Below, in pieces: positions 47,386 to 56,868 of a stretch of DNA of 59,541 nt (position 1 is its first letter; each line of letters begins with the position of its first letter). A program made the translations under genes and the position numbers. The stretch spans positions 1 to 59,541 of the IMG/VR virus record IMGVR_UViG_3300032255_000002. One strand, given 5' to 3'. Under the pieces are notes generated by a model. It worked only from the letters and a program-made list of their open reading frames with translations, ran no database searches and was not told where the DNA came from. The stretch comes from a virus. Taxonomy: Duplodnaviria > Caudoviricetes.

Positions 47386-47635
47386 AAAAATATTTTGGGG
47401 GCGAGTCCTAAAAGATATTGCACAAGTTCTTGTGCTGCTCGCTCTTGTTATGCTGTTTGTGCAAGCAATCACGTACTACAAAGACGCAAAGGAAGAGTAC
47501 GCGGAGCAGATAGAAAGTAAAATAGACTTGATACAGAAACTCGAAGTAAGACAACGCGCCCTCTTCGAACGTGTCGAGATTCTCGAAAGAGAAGACGCTC
47601 GTTCAATCACAGAGAACCCGCACCAAGTACGATGA
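47378..47635 (+). CDS. Membrane-anchored coiled-coil protein
   Basis: N-terminal TM helix plus coiled coil. Confidence 0.6.
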   Translation: MVRKIFWGRVLKDIAQVLVLLALVMLFVQAITYYKDAKEEYAEQIESKIDLIQKLEVRQRALFERVEILEREDARSITENPHQVR

Positions 47636-47865
47636 GCAACTATTCCAACGCAGCGCAAGAGCTAGATTCCTTCGTTCCGCTTTTAAAGAACGTAGCTCTT
47701 ATCGCAGCGATGAACGAAGGGTCTGCGGCGATTCGCGCTCTACAAAAGATCGTGGACGCTAACAGGCGGGACCTACGTAAGCTTCAGGCTCTTGAGGCGA
47801 GCACGAAAGATGATGAAGAGTTCGGGAAAGAGGCTAGAAATCTCTTGACAAACGCAGACGGTTAG
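47632..47865 (+). CDS. Hypothetical protein
   Basis: ATGA-coupled. Confidence 0.6.
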   Translation: MSNYSNAAQELDSFVPLLKNVALIAAMNEGSAAIRALQKIVDANRRDLRKLQALEASTKDDEEFGKEARNLLTNADG

Positions 47866-47872
47866 GTATACT
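47845..47872 (+). promoter_or_regulatory. Near-consensus promoter TTGACA-16-TATACT
   Basis: Read directly from sequence. Confidence 0.78.
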
Positions 47873-47900
47873 CCGAAGGTCAAAGAAAGGACAAATTAGA

Positions 47901-48170
47901 ATGCAGACAATCTACAAGTACGAGCTGGTTAACGTTCCCGGGCGCCAAACACTCCGACTAACGGAGGGAGCGAAGATACTATGTATTCAGATACAGAGCG
48001 GGACAGCGTGTGTTTGGGTTCAATTGGACACGGACGCGCAACCTTGGGAATTCACAATACGTATTGTAGGTACGGGACACAATCTCCAGAAGGTTAAAGG
48101 TTACGAGTACGTAGGTACGTTCCAAGATCCTCCCTACGTTTGGCATGTTTACGCGAAAGAGGGTTTCTAA
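47901..48170 (+). CDS. Conserved phage hypothetical protein
   Basis: TIYKY.L...GA.IL..Q.Q....W...GTGH...YVGT.Q...VWHVY pattern. Confidence 0.75.
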   Translation: MQTIYKYELVNVPGRQTLRLTEGAKILCIQIQSGTACVWVQLDTDAQPWEFTIRIVGTGHNLQKVKGYEYVGTFQDPPYVWHVYAKEGF

Positions 48171-48619
48171 TGCAGACATTTCTACCTCTCCCGGACACTA
48201 TCGCATCTCTGGAGGCTCTCGATTACCAAAGACTAGGCAAGCAACGTCTAGAAGCCTTCCAACTTCTCTGCGCTCTTGGAGATTCTTGGGCAGTAGGCGT
48301 TCGGCAAGCCAAGACGGGCAAAGTTGCTACAAGCCACGGTTGGAAGAACCATCCTGCTGCAAAGATGTGGAAAGGCTACGAAGGTGCGCTTCGCGTCTAC
48401 TACAATTTCGCTCTGAAAGAATGGGTTCTTCGTGGTTACGAAAACACAATGCTCGAAGCTCCGATGTGTACAGAGGTAGTTGTTATGCCTCCGTGGTTCG
48501 GACAAGAAGACTTCCATGTTTCGCACCGATCAAACCTTCTGCGGAAAGACCCTATCTTCTACGGAAAATACGGGTGGACCGAGCCGCACAACTTACCCTA
48601 CGTCTGGCCTATCACATGA
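48170..48619 (+). CDS. Pyrimidine-dimer DNA glycosylase-like protein (MSMEG_6728 family)
   Basis: MQTFLP...LD..RLGKQR.E, W.NHPA.KMW.GYE, SH.SNLLRKDP..Y. Confidence 0.88.
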   Translation: MQTFLPLPDTIASLEALDYQRLGKQRLEAFQLLCALGDSWAVGVRQAKTGKVATSHGWKNHPAAKMWKGYEGALRVYYNFALKEWVLRGYENTMLEAPMCTEVVVMPPWFGQEDFHVSHRSNLLRKDPIFYGKYGWTEPHNLPYVWPIT

Positions 48620-48797
48620 AAGTATCTCCTGCTGTTTGTCGAACGATGAAGTTCGTTCTCGCGTATCTTCTTGCGGTTGCGATCTTGACCGCGCTAACCG
48701 GAATGGTCTTTGGAACGGACTCGTATACGAAAGTTCCTGTCGAAACTGTGGACGGAATACAACGAATCGAAGTACACCTTTTGGAAGGAAACGAATA

Positions 48798-49121
48798 ATG
48801 GCCCACCTAAACACTTCCGAAGCCGTCTACGGTTTCGCAGCTTGGCTAACAACTAGAACAGAGGTTATTTGCGTCGGATCTAGTCAAGATTCCGCACCTG
48901 TTGCGGAACTCGTAAAGAAGTTCTGCGAGCACAATTCGCTAGAACCTATTTCGGACGATTGGCCGAAGGATAACTTGTTTCCGGAAGAAGATATCCGCAA
49001 GCAAAGTATACGCTTTGCTACCTCTTGCGATAACTGCGGAGACTCTGTAGAGATCAGCGAAGAACAGTACAACGCAGATACTATCTTGTGCAATCTGTGC
49101 TTGGAAATTCAAGGTGCGTAA
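48798..49121 (+). CDS. Hypothetical protein with C-terminal zinc ribbon
   Basis: SEAVYGF.AWLTTR; CDNC...CNLC. Confidence 0.65.
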   Translation: MAHLNTSEAVYGFAAWLTTRTEVICVGSSQDSAPVAELVKKFCEHNSLEPISDDWPKDNLFPEEDIRKQSIRFATSCDNCGDSVEISEEQYNADTILCNLCLEIQGA

Positions 49122-49122
49122 G

Positions 49123-49503
49123 ATGCCCAAGAAATACCTAGCGACTCTTACGCACACATCCAAAGACGGAATCGTAACATCTCTACACGGAGACGCATAC
49201 GAAGAAGCGCATGTTTTTCTCTGCGAAGATGTGAACAAGGAACTAGACTCGCTGCGAACTCTCGCTATCGAGCACGCCGATACGCTGGACGACCTTCGAG
49301 ATTCCCAAGAGTTAGCGGAAATGACGAAAGATCGCGCCGACTTGCACAAACTTTTGTACGAAGACCGGAAAGATCCGGTGGAGTGGGGTAGTTTTCTTCT
49401 GTGGATTATGCTATCTCTCTTCCTGCTCATTTCTACGGGAATTGTTTCCGCTAAGTTCGAGGAACTCGAACAAGCGATTGAGGTTTCAGAACAAAATGAT
49501 TAA
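49123..49503 (+). CDS. Hypothetical membrane protein
   Basis: C-terminal TM helix. Confidence 0.55.
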   Translation: MPKKYLATLTHTSKDGIVTSLHGDAYEEAHVFLCEDVNKELDSLRTLAIEHADTLDDLRDSQELAEMTKDRADLHKLLYEDRKDPVEWGSFLLWIMLSLFLLISTGIVSAKFEELEQAIEVSEQND

Positions 49504-49826
49504 CCGATTTCTCGAAACCGTAACCGTCGAAGATCCGTTTTCCAGCGAGACCTATTTGTTGCGGCAGATTGATTCCGAGTTCAACCCTGCTGGATTGGAA
49601 GCGTCCATGCCCGACCGACTAGGAGGAGAAGTCTTGCTTGATCTTCTGTGCGAGGTCGAGTCTGTTTGTGCCGCGCTGGGGGACGAGGGATGAGCGAATT
49701 CAAAACGAACAAGCGGCTAGCAATCGAGAGCCGCACAACATACCGCGAATGCTTCCGAGCGATTAGCATTATCATGCTTGCCTATACTCTGCTGATTGGA
49801 CTCGTACTATTGCTGGAGAACAAACA

Positions 49827-50075
49827 ATGAAAAGCGATCTACCCCGTTCAAAAGAAATTGGACAGATGCTTGCCCGTAAAATGCGAGACTCCGGTTTCGA
49901 GACGCTTCCTTCCGAAGCCTTAGATTTGCGGGACAAAGCGTATTCTAAGATTCGGGAGAAGCTCAAAGAGAAAGGACTCTCCGTTCCAGATAGTGATTTA
50001 GAATTGACGCAGTTACTCTTAGACGCGGGAGTAGGGAAGTACGCGAAAGAAAGGTTTGAAGATGGAAAAGAATAA
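49827..50075 (+). CDS. Hypothetical protein
   Basis: Coupled ORF. Confidence 0.55.
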   Translation: MKSDLPRSKEIGQMLARKMRDSGFETLPSEALDLRDKAYSKIREKLKEKGLSVPDSDLELTQLLLDAGVGKYAKERFEDGKE

Positions 50076-50595
50076 CGGAATTGTGGAAAAATATATTCGC
50101 CAATGCGTTCGCGAGATTGTTTCAGAAGAACAACCGCGAGCATCCGTCAAAAGAAAAGTCTCGAAGACAGACGCGGAATCGAATACCCGGGAAGAAAGGA
50201 GACGTTTGCTTTCTCTGGCACTCGATGAAGAAGAAAGAAGCGGTTTTCGCAGAGGCCTTGCTTACGCTAAAAAGAGGCTCAAAGACAAAAGCGAACAGGC
50301 ATACCTAGATGGATGGAAAGCTAACGAAGGTTCGTTTCTTTCTGAACTGCTGAAAGACGAAGAATATAGGAAGGAGTACGAGAAAGCAAAACTCCGTATA
50401 GACGCGCAATATCGACATGATGCAGAAAAGGCCGAGTTGCGCGGCATTGATTCTGCTCGCAAGGCCCTTGAGAATGCCAAGCAGAAAAGATTGCGGGAAT
50501 TCACAAACGCTGCTCCTTTGCGTTACGCCGATGTGTTAGCGCTCCTGGATACTCTGTACACGAAAACAAAAGAAAGGTTCAAGAATGCAGACTAA
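50062..50595 (+). CDS. Charged helical hypothetical protein
   Basis: ORF track. Confidence 0.6.
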   Translation: MEKNNGIVEKYIRQCVREIVSEEQPRASVKRKVSKTDAESNTREERRRLLSLALDEEERSGFRRGLAYAKKRLKDKSEQAYLDGWKANEGSFLSELLKDEEYRKEYEKAKLRIDAQYRHDAEKAELRGIDSARKALENAKQKRLREFTNAAPLRYADVLALLDTLYTKTKERFKNAD

Positions 50596-50974
50596 CGAAA
50601 ACGCTATTCGAAAGTGGATCGAAGCTCTCCGAAGCGGAGATTTCAAACAAGGCCGTCTGTCGCTACGCAATGATACAAAAGGAGAAGAGTTCTCGCGGTA
50701 CTGCTGCTTGGGTGTTGCGTGTGCGATTGCTCCCGTAAAGTTCGGGAGGTTTTCCTCTCTACCGACGACCCTTAGTTACGTGCCAAATGTAGTTAGGTTC
50801 ACATTCGTAGATAATAAGGAGGCGCAAACCGCATTCTTGCCCGAAAAACTCCGGGAGTGGTTAGGAATTTCGGAGGATGCAATGCGTACTTTAATACGCA
50901 TGAACGATGGAGGATCTTCCTTCGAAGATATCGCGTACGTTTTAGAGAAGGAGTACCTAAAAGATGAAGACTAA
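50585..50974 (+). CDS. Conserved phage protein, paralog A
   Basis: W..ALRSG...QG...YCCLGV.C...MND.G.SFE.IA. Confidence 0.8.
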   Translation: MQTNENAIRKWIEALRSGDFKQGRLSLRNDTKGEEFSRYCCLGVACAIAPVKFGRFSSLPTTLSYVPNVVRFTFVDNKEAQTAFLPEKLREWLGISEDAMRTLIRMNDGGSSFEDIAYVLEKEYLKDED

Positions 50975-51326
50975 AGAAGAAGTCAAACCCGCATGGATCG
51001 CCGCTCTTCGTAGCGGAGATTACGAACAAGGTCAACACTACATGCGGAAAGTCCCGGCGGGAGAGCACGTGCCTAGGTATTGCTGCTTAGGTGTTCTGTG
51101 CGACTTAGTTAAAGACGGATTCGGAGAGTGGGAAACTTCTCTTGGTTCTTACATTTCGAGTTTCCTACTCAAAGAGGAGGTCCCTACTAGAGCCTCAGTT
51201 TTTCCTCCGGAGGGTTTAAGCAGATCTCTAACTTTAAATTGGGATCTAAAATCGAAGTTAGCACGAATGAATGACAGCGGCGCGTCTTTCGAAGAGATCG
51301 CGGACTACATAGAAGAAAATTGGTAA
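50964..51326 (+). CDS. Conserved phage protein, paralog B
   Basis: Same motifs as paralog A. Confidence 0.8.
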   Translation: MKTKEEVKPAWIAALRSGDYEQGQHYMRKVPAGEHVPRYCCLGVLCDLVKDGFGEWETSLGSYISSFLLKEEVPTRASVFPPEGLSRSLTLNWDLKSKLARMNDSGASFEEIADYIEENW

Positions 51327-51628
51327 TGCCTACCTACAAGAAGAAAGCTCCGATAGAAAATCAGTTCCAGGCTATTCAATGGAAGGGAGACAACTTCGAC
51401 GAAGTTCGAGAGTTCTGTCTTCCGTCCGTTGTCCGGAAATTCGAAGAGTGTGATTACTTGGTGCTCGAACACATTTACGATGATGGAGAGATGTTCCCCT
51501 CAACCGTCGAGTTGGGCTCCTACTTCAGCCGCGACAACCTGAATAGCCTGTCTTGGTCTTACAGACGAACTTTCGAAGGCCAGTACGAAAGGGTACAAGA
51601 CAATGAGAAAGACCCAGAGGAAGCGTAG
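51326..51628 (+). CDS. Conserved phage hypothetical protein
   Basis: AIQW.GDN..EV..F...FE..YE pattern. Confidence 0.7.
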   Translation: MPTYKKKAPIENQFQAIQWKGDNFDEVREFCLPSVVRKFEECDYLVLEHIYDDGEMFPSTVELGSYFSRDNLNSLSWSYRRTFEGQYERVQDNEKDPEEA

Positions 51629-51820
51629 AACGAAACGCTGGAAGGCGCAACGTAGAGCGAGGGTTCTGGAGAAACGTCGAAAAGCTTTTCCCCGAAGAAT
51701 TGCAACATGCGCCCGCGCTCTTCAGAAGTTCGGTATGACTGCTGCGGAAGCTTCCGAGAGACTTCGAACAGGGTTAGAAAGCATATCGTCCGTTGCGGCG
51801 GCATTGAAGAAAGAAAGAAT

Positions 51821-52258
51821 ATGAAAGACATTCAGCACAAGCATTTACTAGTAACAAAGAACGTAGGCGTAGTTTTTTACGATGAGGATCGCGGAGGAAT
51901 TTACCATCTCGATCCTTGCGGAGAGAAAATTCCGCGTTGCAATGTAGGAGAGTCGATCTCTGTTCCAACGTTCGAAGAATTGGATGCGTGGATTGACCTT
52001 GAAACACACGTTAGAGCGCATTTTTCCAATCCGAAGCTATCGGAAATTCTCTGCCGTCTTGACAAAGCGCGGAGCGTTCTCGAAAAGGGATGGTACTTAA
52101 TCAAGGAGGAAACAGGCTCTAAGATTTTCCAGTACGTTAAGTACTTTGACGGGAAAGGTTGGCACGACCGATTAGACGCCGGGAGTCTTCCTCGAATGGA
52201 TCTCGACTTCTCGGACACAGACCTGTACACGTTGACGAAGGTAGAGGTTCCAGAATGA
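51821..52258 (+). CDS. Hypothetical protein
   Basis: ATGA-coupled start (MKDIQHK). Confidence 0.6.
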   Translation: MKDIQHKHLLVTKNVGVVFYDEDRGGIYHLDPCGEKIPRCNVGESISVPTFEELDAWIDLETHVRAHFSNPKLSEILCRLDKARSVLEKGWYLIKEETGSKIFQYVKYFDGKGWHDRLDAGSLPRMDLDFSDTDLYTLTKVEVPE

Positions 52259-52470
52259 AGATTTATATAATTCTACAGAAGAGGGGATCGACGTTGGAAT
52301 CAACGTTATTGGCTACCGAGGTCTATCACGATAAACGGGAAGCGGAGTAGAAGGTTTCATAGTTCCTATTGAAACAACCTCTTTAGATGAACGGTGTTTA
52401 GTTTGCGGGGTTGAGTTCTCGATAACAGTTAGAGGAGCGATATACTGTACTGGAGAAAAGGAATTAGACA

Positions 52471-52716
52471 ATGCGCAGTAGAGAAAAAACACATCTATTT
52501 CGCCAAGAGGCGAACATAGAAGGACACTTAGAATTCTGGTGCGGGAAAGCTCACGCAGCTTCTATTCTGAGAATCCCGACCTTAGCGAAACCAGAAGGAG
52601 TAACCTGTCGGGAGTGTTTGATAAAGGCGAGGAGCTACGTTCTCTCTACGGCGCTGGAATTCAACCGCATTGCCGAAGGTCTCACACTTGTAGAAGAAGG
52701 GTTGAACGATGAATGA
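52471..52716 (+). CDS. Small putative Zn-binding protein
   Basis: H...WCG...VTC.EC. Confidence 0.6.
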   Translation: MRSREKTHLFRQEANIEGHLEFWCGKAHAASILRIPTLAKPEGVTCRECLIKARSYVLSTALEFNRIAEGLTLVEEGLNDE

Positions 52717-52972
52717 GCGTGTACACGTTTGGAAGGAGTATATCCAAGGAGAGACTCCGCTAACGTTTCTCTCTTGGTGCGGGGAGCGCTGCGAGCTAAA
52801 AGAAGAGTCTTGGGGCGTTCCGACGATTCATGCTTTAAGTGAAGCGACTTTTTTAGGTTGTTTGGAGTCGATTGTCTTAGCTTCTGCCAGCCGTCAAAAA
52901 CTCTATCGGCGTTCGCAGGTGCAAGCTACAAAACGAATTCGTGATTTGAAGAAGGAGGAAGGGACGTTTTGA
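52709..52972 (+). CDS. Hypothetical protein, likely paralog of the preceding ORF
   Basis: H...WCG...PT....T...CL. Confidence 0.55.
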   Translation: MNERVHVWKEYIQGETPLTFLSWCGERCELKEESWGVPTIHALSEATFLGCLESIVLASASRQKLYRRSQVQATKRIRDLKKEEGTF

Positions 52973-53187
52973 AGATTTTATCTGCTGTTGTAAGGAACGA
53001 TACAGGACGGTTTTCCGGGAGTTCGGTTATCATCGACTATTCGACGATGTTCGGCAAGCGAAGACGGGAGGTGTTCGAGCTTTCTTGCGAGTGGTTCTGG
53101 AGGGACACAGGTAAGAAAGCTCCTCCAGGTATTAACAATATCGCGAGGTATTATCTCTCGTTTGCTCGGCATGGTGAGGAGGTATGA
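52969..53187 (+). CDS. Hypothetical protein
   Basis: GGAGG upstream; W.W.DTG motif. Confidence 0.55.
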   Translation: MKILSAVVRNDTGRFSGSSVIIDYSTMFGKRRREVFELSCEWFWRDTGKKAPPGINNIARYYLSFARHGEEV

Positions 53188-53378
53188 GCGAGAAAGGTGT
53201 TATCTATGAGGAAAAGCCGCAGAAATGCGACCTCTGCGGAAAGATCGCGGAATTGCGTCCGTACGGACCTAAAGGAGAATGTGTTTGCTTTGGCTGTGGT
53301 ATGAAGGATGAACGCTCCGCGCAGAAAGCTTGTGCAGAGCATCTTGGGTTTGAAGAACTTGAACAAGAAGACGAATAA
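53184..53378 (+). CDS. Small zinc-finger protein
   Basis: CDLCG...LRPYGP.G..VCF.C. Confidence 0.72.
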   Translation: MSEKGVIYEEKPQKCDLCGKIAELRPYGPKGECVCFGCGMKDERSAQKACAEHLGFEELEQEDE

Positions 53379-53380
53379 CT

Positions 53381-53707
53381 ATGGGTTTTAGAAGGCATGT
53401 TGCGATTGTGGTTACTTGTTTTGATTTTCAACGTACGGAAACTGCGCGGGATAAGGCGCGGTTGTTGGAGTTGAGGCCGACGAATGTTGTTGTGGGCGCG
53501 GAAGGAGGGTACTGCTCTTTTCTGATTCCTCCGAATGGTGGATCGGAGGAAAGCGAAATGCAGGTGTTGGGGGACGAGCGTAGAGGAGAATTCAAAGAGT
53601 GGATGTTGCGTAGCGAATTAGGGCGCGGATATCTTGAGTGGGTTGAAGTTTCATTTGGTGGAGATGGAGGTTCGGCGGAAGTTGTGGCTTGTTCCGACGA
53701 TTGTTGA
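53381..53707 (+). CDS. Conserved phage hypothetical protein
   Basis: MG..RH.AIVVT...SF.IPP.G..E...WVEV.FGGD pattern. Confidence 0.7.
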   Translation: MGFRRHVAIVVTCFDFQRTETARDKARLLELRPTNVVVGAEGGYCSFLIPPNGGSEESEMQVLGDERRGEFKEWMLRSELGRGYLEWVEVSFGGDGGSAEVVACSDDC

Positions 53708-53739
53708 CTTGCGCACAGAAAGCCGAAACCCTCCGAGAA

Positions 53740-54192
53740 AGGCCATAAGTATACTAGTTGTGGTAGTTGGAGACGGACTTTCGATTTTGATTCTTGCGAG
53801 GGGTTCGGGTGCATGTAGCTAGAAACCGGGTTTATTGGGCTTTTAGAGAGGGTTTTGTGGTGCTTGCGGCACTAAAGGGGCGTCTGGAAATAAAACACTC
53901 GGGTCTAAAAAATTCTCTCCTCAGAAATCCCTTTCGTGCAAAAGGTTCTCTATATCTATCTATCCGGCTGCATTGTCTGTCTTTCTTCTTCTCTGTATGA
54001 CTACACTTGCTAGTGTAGGTAGGAACGGAGATTTCGCGGGCAAGGCGCGAAGAGTTTCGAGTGTCGGTAGGATTGGTTTTCTATTCCTGTACTTTTCTGA
54101 GAAAAGCTTGCTGCTTGCGACATGCGAAGGGCAGGGAGATAGCGATTTTCGCGAACTGTCTCCGACTACCTCAACTAGTATACTTATGGCCT
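53740..54192. repeat. 453-bp non-coding element bounded by 35-bp inverted repeats (candidate replication origin)
   Basis: 53740-53774 is the reverse complement of 54158-54192 at 33/35 positions. Confidence 0.85.
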
Positions 54193-54277
54193 ATTTTGAA
54201 CCTGTTTTGAGGAGTGCTCTCCAAAACGCCGAAAAATGCCTTACGAAATTGCAAAGAAGAACTAACCTCTAAGAACT

Positions 54278-54736
54278 ATGAAAAGCGATCAAGAGAAAGA
54301 GTTTGTACGAGCAGAACGACACAACGAAGTTCGTCGAACAAACAGACGAAGGCTTGTCCCGAGAGAGTTAGTTTGCAAGCGCTGTGGAGTTAAGAAGCTG
54401 TCAACCCGCCGATGGTCGTTGAAAGATGATCTGTGCCGCAGTTGCTATGAATTCAGCGCGGAAGGCATTCTTCCGGAGAACGTTGCCGAAGTGCTCGAAC
54501 TCTGGAGGAAGATCCAAGATGAGATGGAGGAGCGACGGCTCGACGGCTGCAAGGTCCACAGGCTCCGTGTGCTGCTCTGTGTGAGCCGTCCAACCTTCTC
54601 CGAGTGTTGCCATTGGACTCGGGCTCGCCAAGCCGTCTTAGAGCGTCTGGAGACGTATCCGATACGGACTCCTACCGTCCGAGGGCTTACGGCAGGGTTC
54701 GAGAGGCTGCTTAAGAGGGCTGGACTGCTCCCGTGA
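54278..54736 (+). CDS. Zinc-finger plus XRE-like HTH putative regulator
   Basis: CKRC...CRSC; LR..L.VS...F......R......LE pattern. Confidence 0.5.
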   Translation: MKSDQEKEFVRAERHNEVRRTNRRRLVPRELVCKRCGVKKLSTRRWSLKDDLCRSCYEFSAEGILPENVAEVLELWRKIQDEMEERRLDGCKVHRLRVLLCVSRPTFSECCHWTRARQAVLERLETYPIRTPTVRGLTAGFERLLKRAGLLP

Positions 54737-54865
54737 GCGTGTCAATTGTTTTGTGCCAAAAATGGAACACTCCTAAGTGCCTTGCGTGGAGCCTACTTAG
54801 AACGAATGTCGGTCAAGAACCTGGATGCAGCATTGCGCTATCTCGTATAATGCGACCACAGGCCA

Positions 54866-55453
54866 ATGTTCTACTCCAACTGTATCAGCGGGACGATGCA
54901 AGCCAAGCTAGAGGAGCTTGCGCTAAATCCGTCCGACACGCGCAACAATCTAGATCCAGAATTGGATATTGCGCGGCTTATGGCTTCAGAAGGTGTGAAG
55001 CTGTTTCAAGCGACGCACTACGGGAAGAAAGAAGTTTCTCCAGCGCTGAAACTACAAGCGCAATTCAATCTGCGAGACGCAATCGGATTCGTCGCAGAGA
55101 TTGCAGTAAAGAACGCTCGCATTCGACAGATCAAGACAGACACGATTGCGGCAACTGATCTCGATTACTTTGTGCGGCAGATTTCCCGAATCATCGAACA
55201 ACGTGTACTACCTCTTACGGATGAAGAAACTGTATCTGCGCTTTTAGAGGAGGTCGATTTAATCTACGTCCCTACTTCTACTCCACAGGAGACGGGACAA
55301 CAGGAAGCAGCAAAGATCCGCGAATTCTTGAGCGCAACAAGAGCGGCTACTGCCCCGAAGTTGATCGAGAACGAAACCGTAATTCCGGAAGAGGAACTGA
55401 ACGCGAAGACAAACGGCAACGGGCGAATGAACGGAAACGGGCTGTACAAGTGA
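54866..55453 (+). CDS. Putative terminase small subunit-like protein
   Basis: Helical LD.EL.IARL core; heads the block that ends in terL. Confidence 0.4.
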   Translation: MFYSNCISGTMQAKLEELALNPSDTRNNLDPELDIARLMASEGVKLFQATHYGKKEVSPALKLQAQFNLRDAIGFVAEIAVKNARIRQIKTDTIAATDLDYFVRQISRIIEQRVLPLTDEETVSALLEEVDLIYVPTSTPQETGQQEAAKIREFLSATRAATAPKLIENETVIPEEELNAKTNGNGRMNGNGLYK

Positions 55454-55673
55454 AGAACCCGTTTGAAAACGAGAGTGTTCCGGAAGGAATAGAGCAGCTA
55501 GAGGAGTCGCAACCGTGTAGCGCAGTTGTAGACGATATCTTAAAGTTGCTCGGAGACGCAGATCTAAATATCTACGCGGCTGTTGGAACACTCGAAGTGT
55601 GCAAGCAGTTGTTCGTAATGAACAACTGTCTGCAATCTCCTCCTGAAGAAGAGGAATCGGAGGATTGGCAAGC

Positions 55674-56234
55674 ATGAAAAGTTGTCTTCCTCCGGTTCTT
55701 CTTTTGGGTTCGAGTAGCCGCGCGTTCCCGCATTACGTCGAGTGGCATGTTGGTTACGGAAACACAGACACAGAATATTTCAGCGATCCCTTTTCAGTTC
55801 TTGATTCAAACGCGAACACGTTCTCTACCGGATTCTCTTTCGGATGGAACACGAACCCGCAGCTTCGAAGCCTTCTCGAAGTTGTGGCGCGGGACTCTCT
55901 CCTTTCTTCTAGCTCTTCAGGTTCCGTAGACGGGCCGCCTTTCTTCCCTGTGTATGGACCTGAAGAGCGCCCTACCAACGGCGCGGAGGACTCTAGGGAG
56001 CGCCTTTCCGCAGCGGGTGAGGAAGAAACGGAAGATAAAGAAGAGAGTTCCGCACTACAACAAGAAGACAATGTAACGGTTAGCGGCTCATGGGGAAACA
56101 TTACGTTTTCCGGAGCAGCCTTTACGCTTCTTGGAACGTTAGTACTCGTCGGATTGATTTTTGCAATAAAGAGCGGCGCGGTTTCGCGTTTGCTTCCGAG
56201 TTGGGTTTCTAAGAAAGGAAATGAAGAAGGATGA
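55674..56234 (+). CDS. Hypothetical membrane protein
   Basis: C-terminal TM helix and acidic linker. Confidence 0.55.
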   Translation: MKSCLPPVLLLGSSSRAFPHYVEWHVGYGNTDTEYFSDPFSVLDSNANTFSTGFSFGWNTNPQLRSLLEVVARDSLLSSSSSGSVDGPPFFPVYGPEERPTNGAEDSRERLSAAGEEETEDKEESSALQQEDNVTVSGSWGNITFSGAAFTLLGTLVLVGLIFAIKSGAVSRLLPSWVSKKGNEEG

Positions 56235-56445
56235 AGAAGAAAGAATTCAAAGACGAAATCGCACATCTTAGCGCGAACGTAGAAACAAACGGCGTCGAGT
56301 TGAGAGAGACTACGCGCAGCGTTTCTGATTCGCTTATGCTTGTGGACAATTCAGTAAAAATCTATCCGAAGTCGTTCGGGTTCTTTGAGAAAACAGTAAA
56401 GGAAGTTCTCGCTTCTTTGACCGCATTTCAGAAGGCAAACTCCTA

Positions 56446-56868
56446 ATGAAGATTGAAATTACAACCGAGGAACTAGACAACCTCCGAACAGAACTCGCAA
56501 AGGTTCGCGAAGAAAACGCATTTATGCGCGGAAGGCTCCACGAACTTGAGCGACAAGAGAAACAACTGCAAACAGTCCGCATAGAAACTGTTCCGCAAAT
56601 TCGCCCGTTCTACTACCAACAGCCGTACGTATCATGGTGCGGGAACACAGAACCTACGAGCAAGTTTGCGGGATTTGATTTCTATGCGGACGATTCCATT
56701 ACCGACGAAAGAACGAAGCACGTAGTAAAATCTATGCCGATGGATCATAGCGGAGATGCGCTAGGCATGTTGGGCGGAAGAACTCGCGTATTTCAAAACG
56801 AGAGTGGAATGTTCCAATTCGGCTGCGTAATGGCTCCTGTTCGTGAAGAAGGGACGGATTCGCTATGA
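56446..56868 (+). CDS. Hypothetical protein
   Basis: N-terminal coiled coil; coupled to neighbours. Confidence 0.6.
   Translation: MKIEITTEELDNLRTELAKVREENAFMRGRLHELERQEKQLQTVRIETVPQIRPFYYQQPYVSWCGNTEPTSKFAGFDFYADDSITDERTKHVVKSMPMDHSGDALGMLGGRTRVFQNESGMFQFGCVMAPVREEGTDSL

Noticed and set aside
53794-54272. ORFs 53794-54000 and 53973-54272
   Set aside because: They lie inside the inverted-repeat element, have poor starts and unprotein-like composition
54733-55158. ORF 54733 as a frameshifted N-terminus of the terS-like gene
   Set aside because: No slippery site or HGG motif; a TATAAT at 54846 suggests ORF 54866 has its own start
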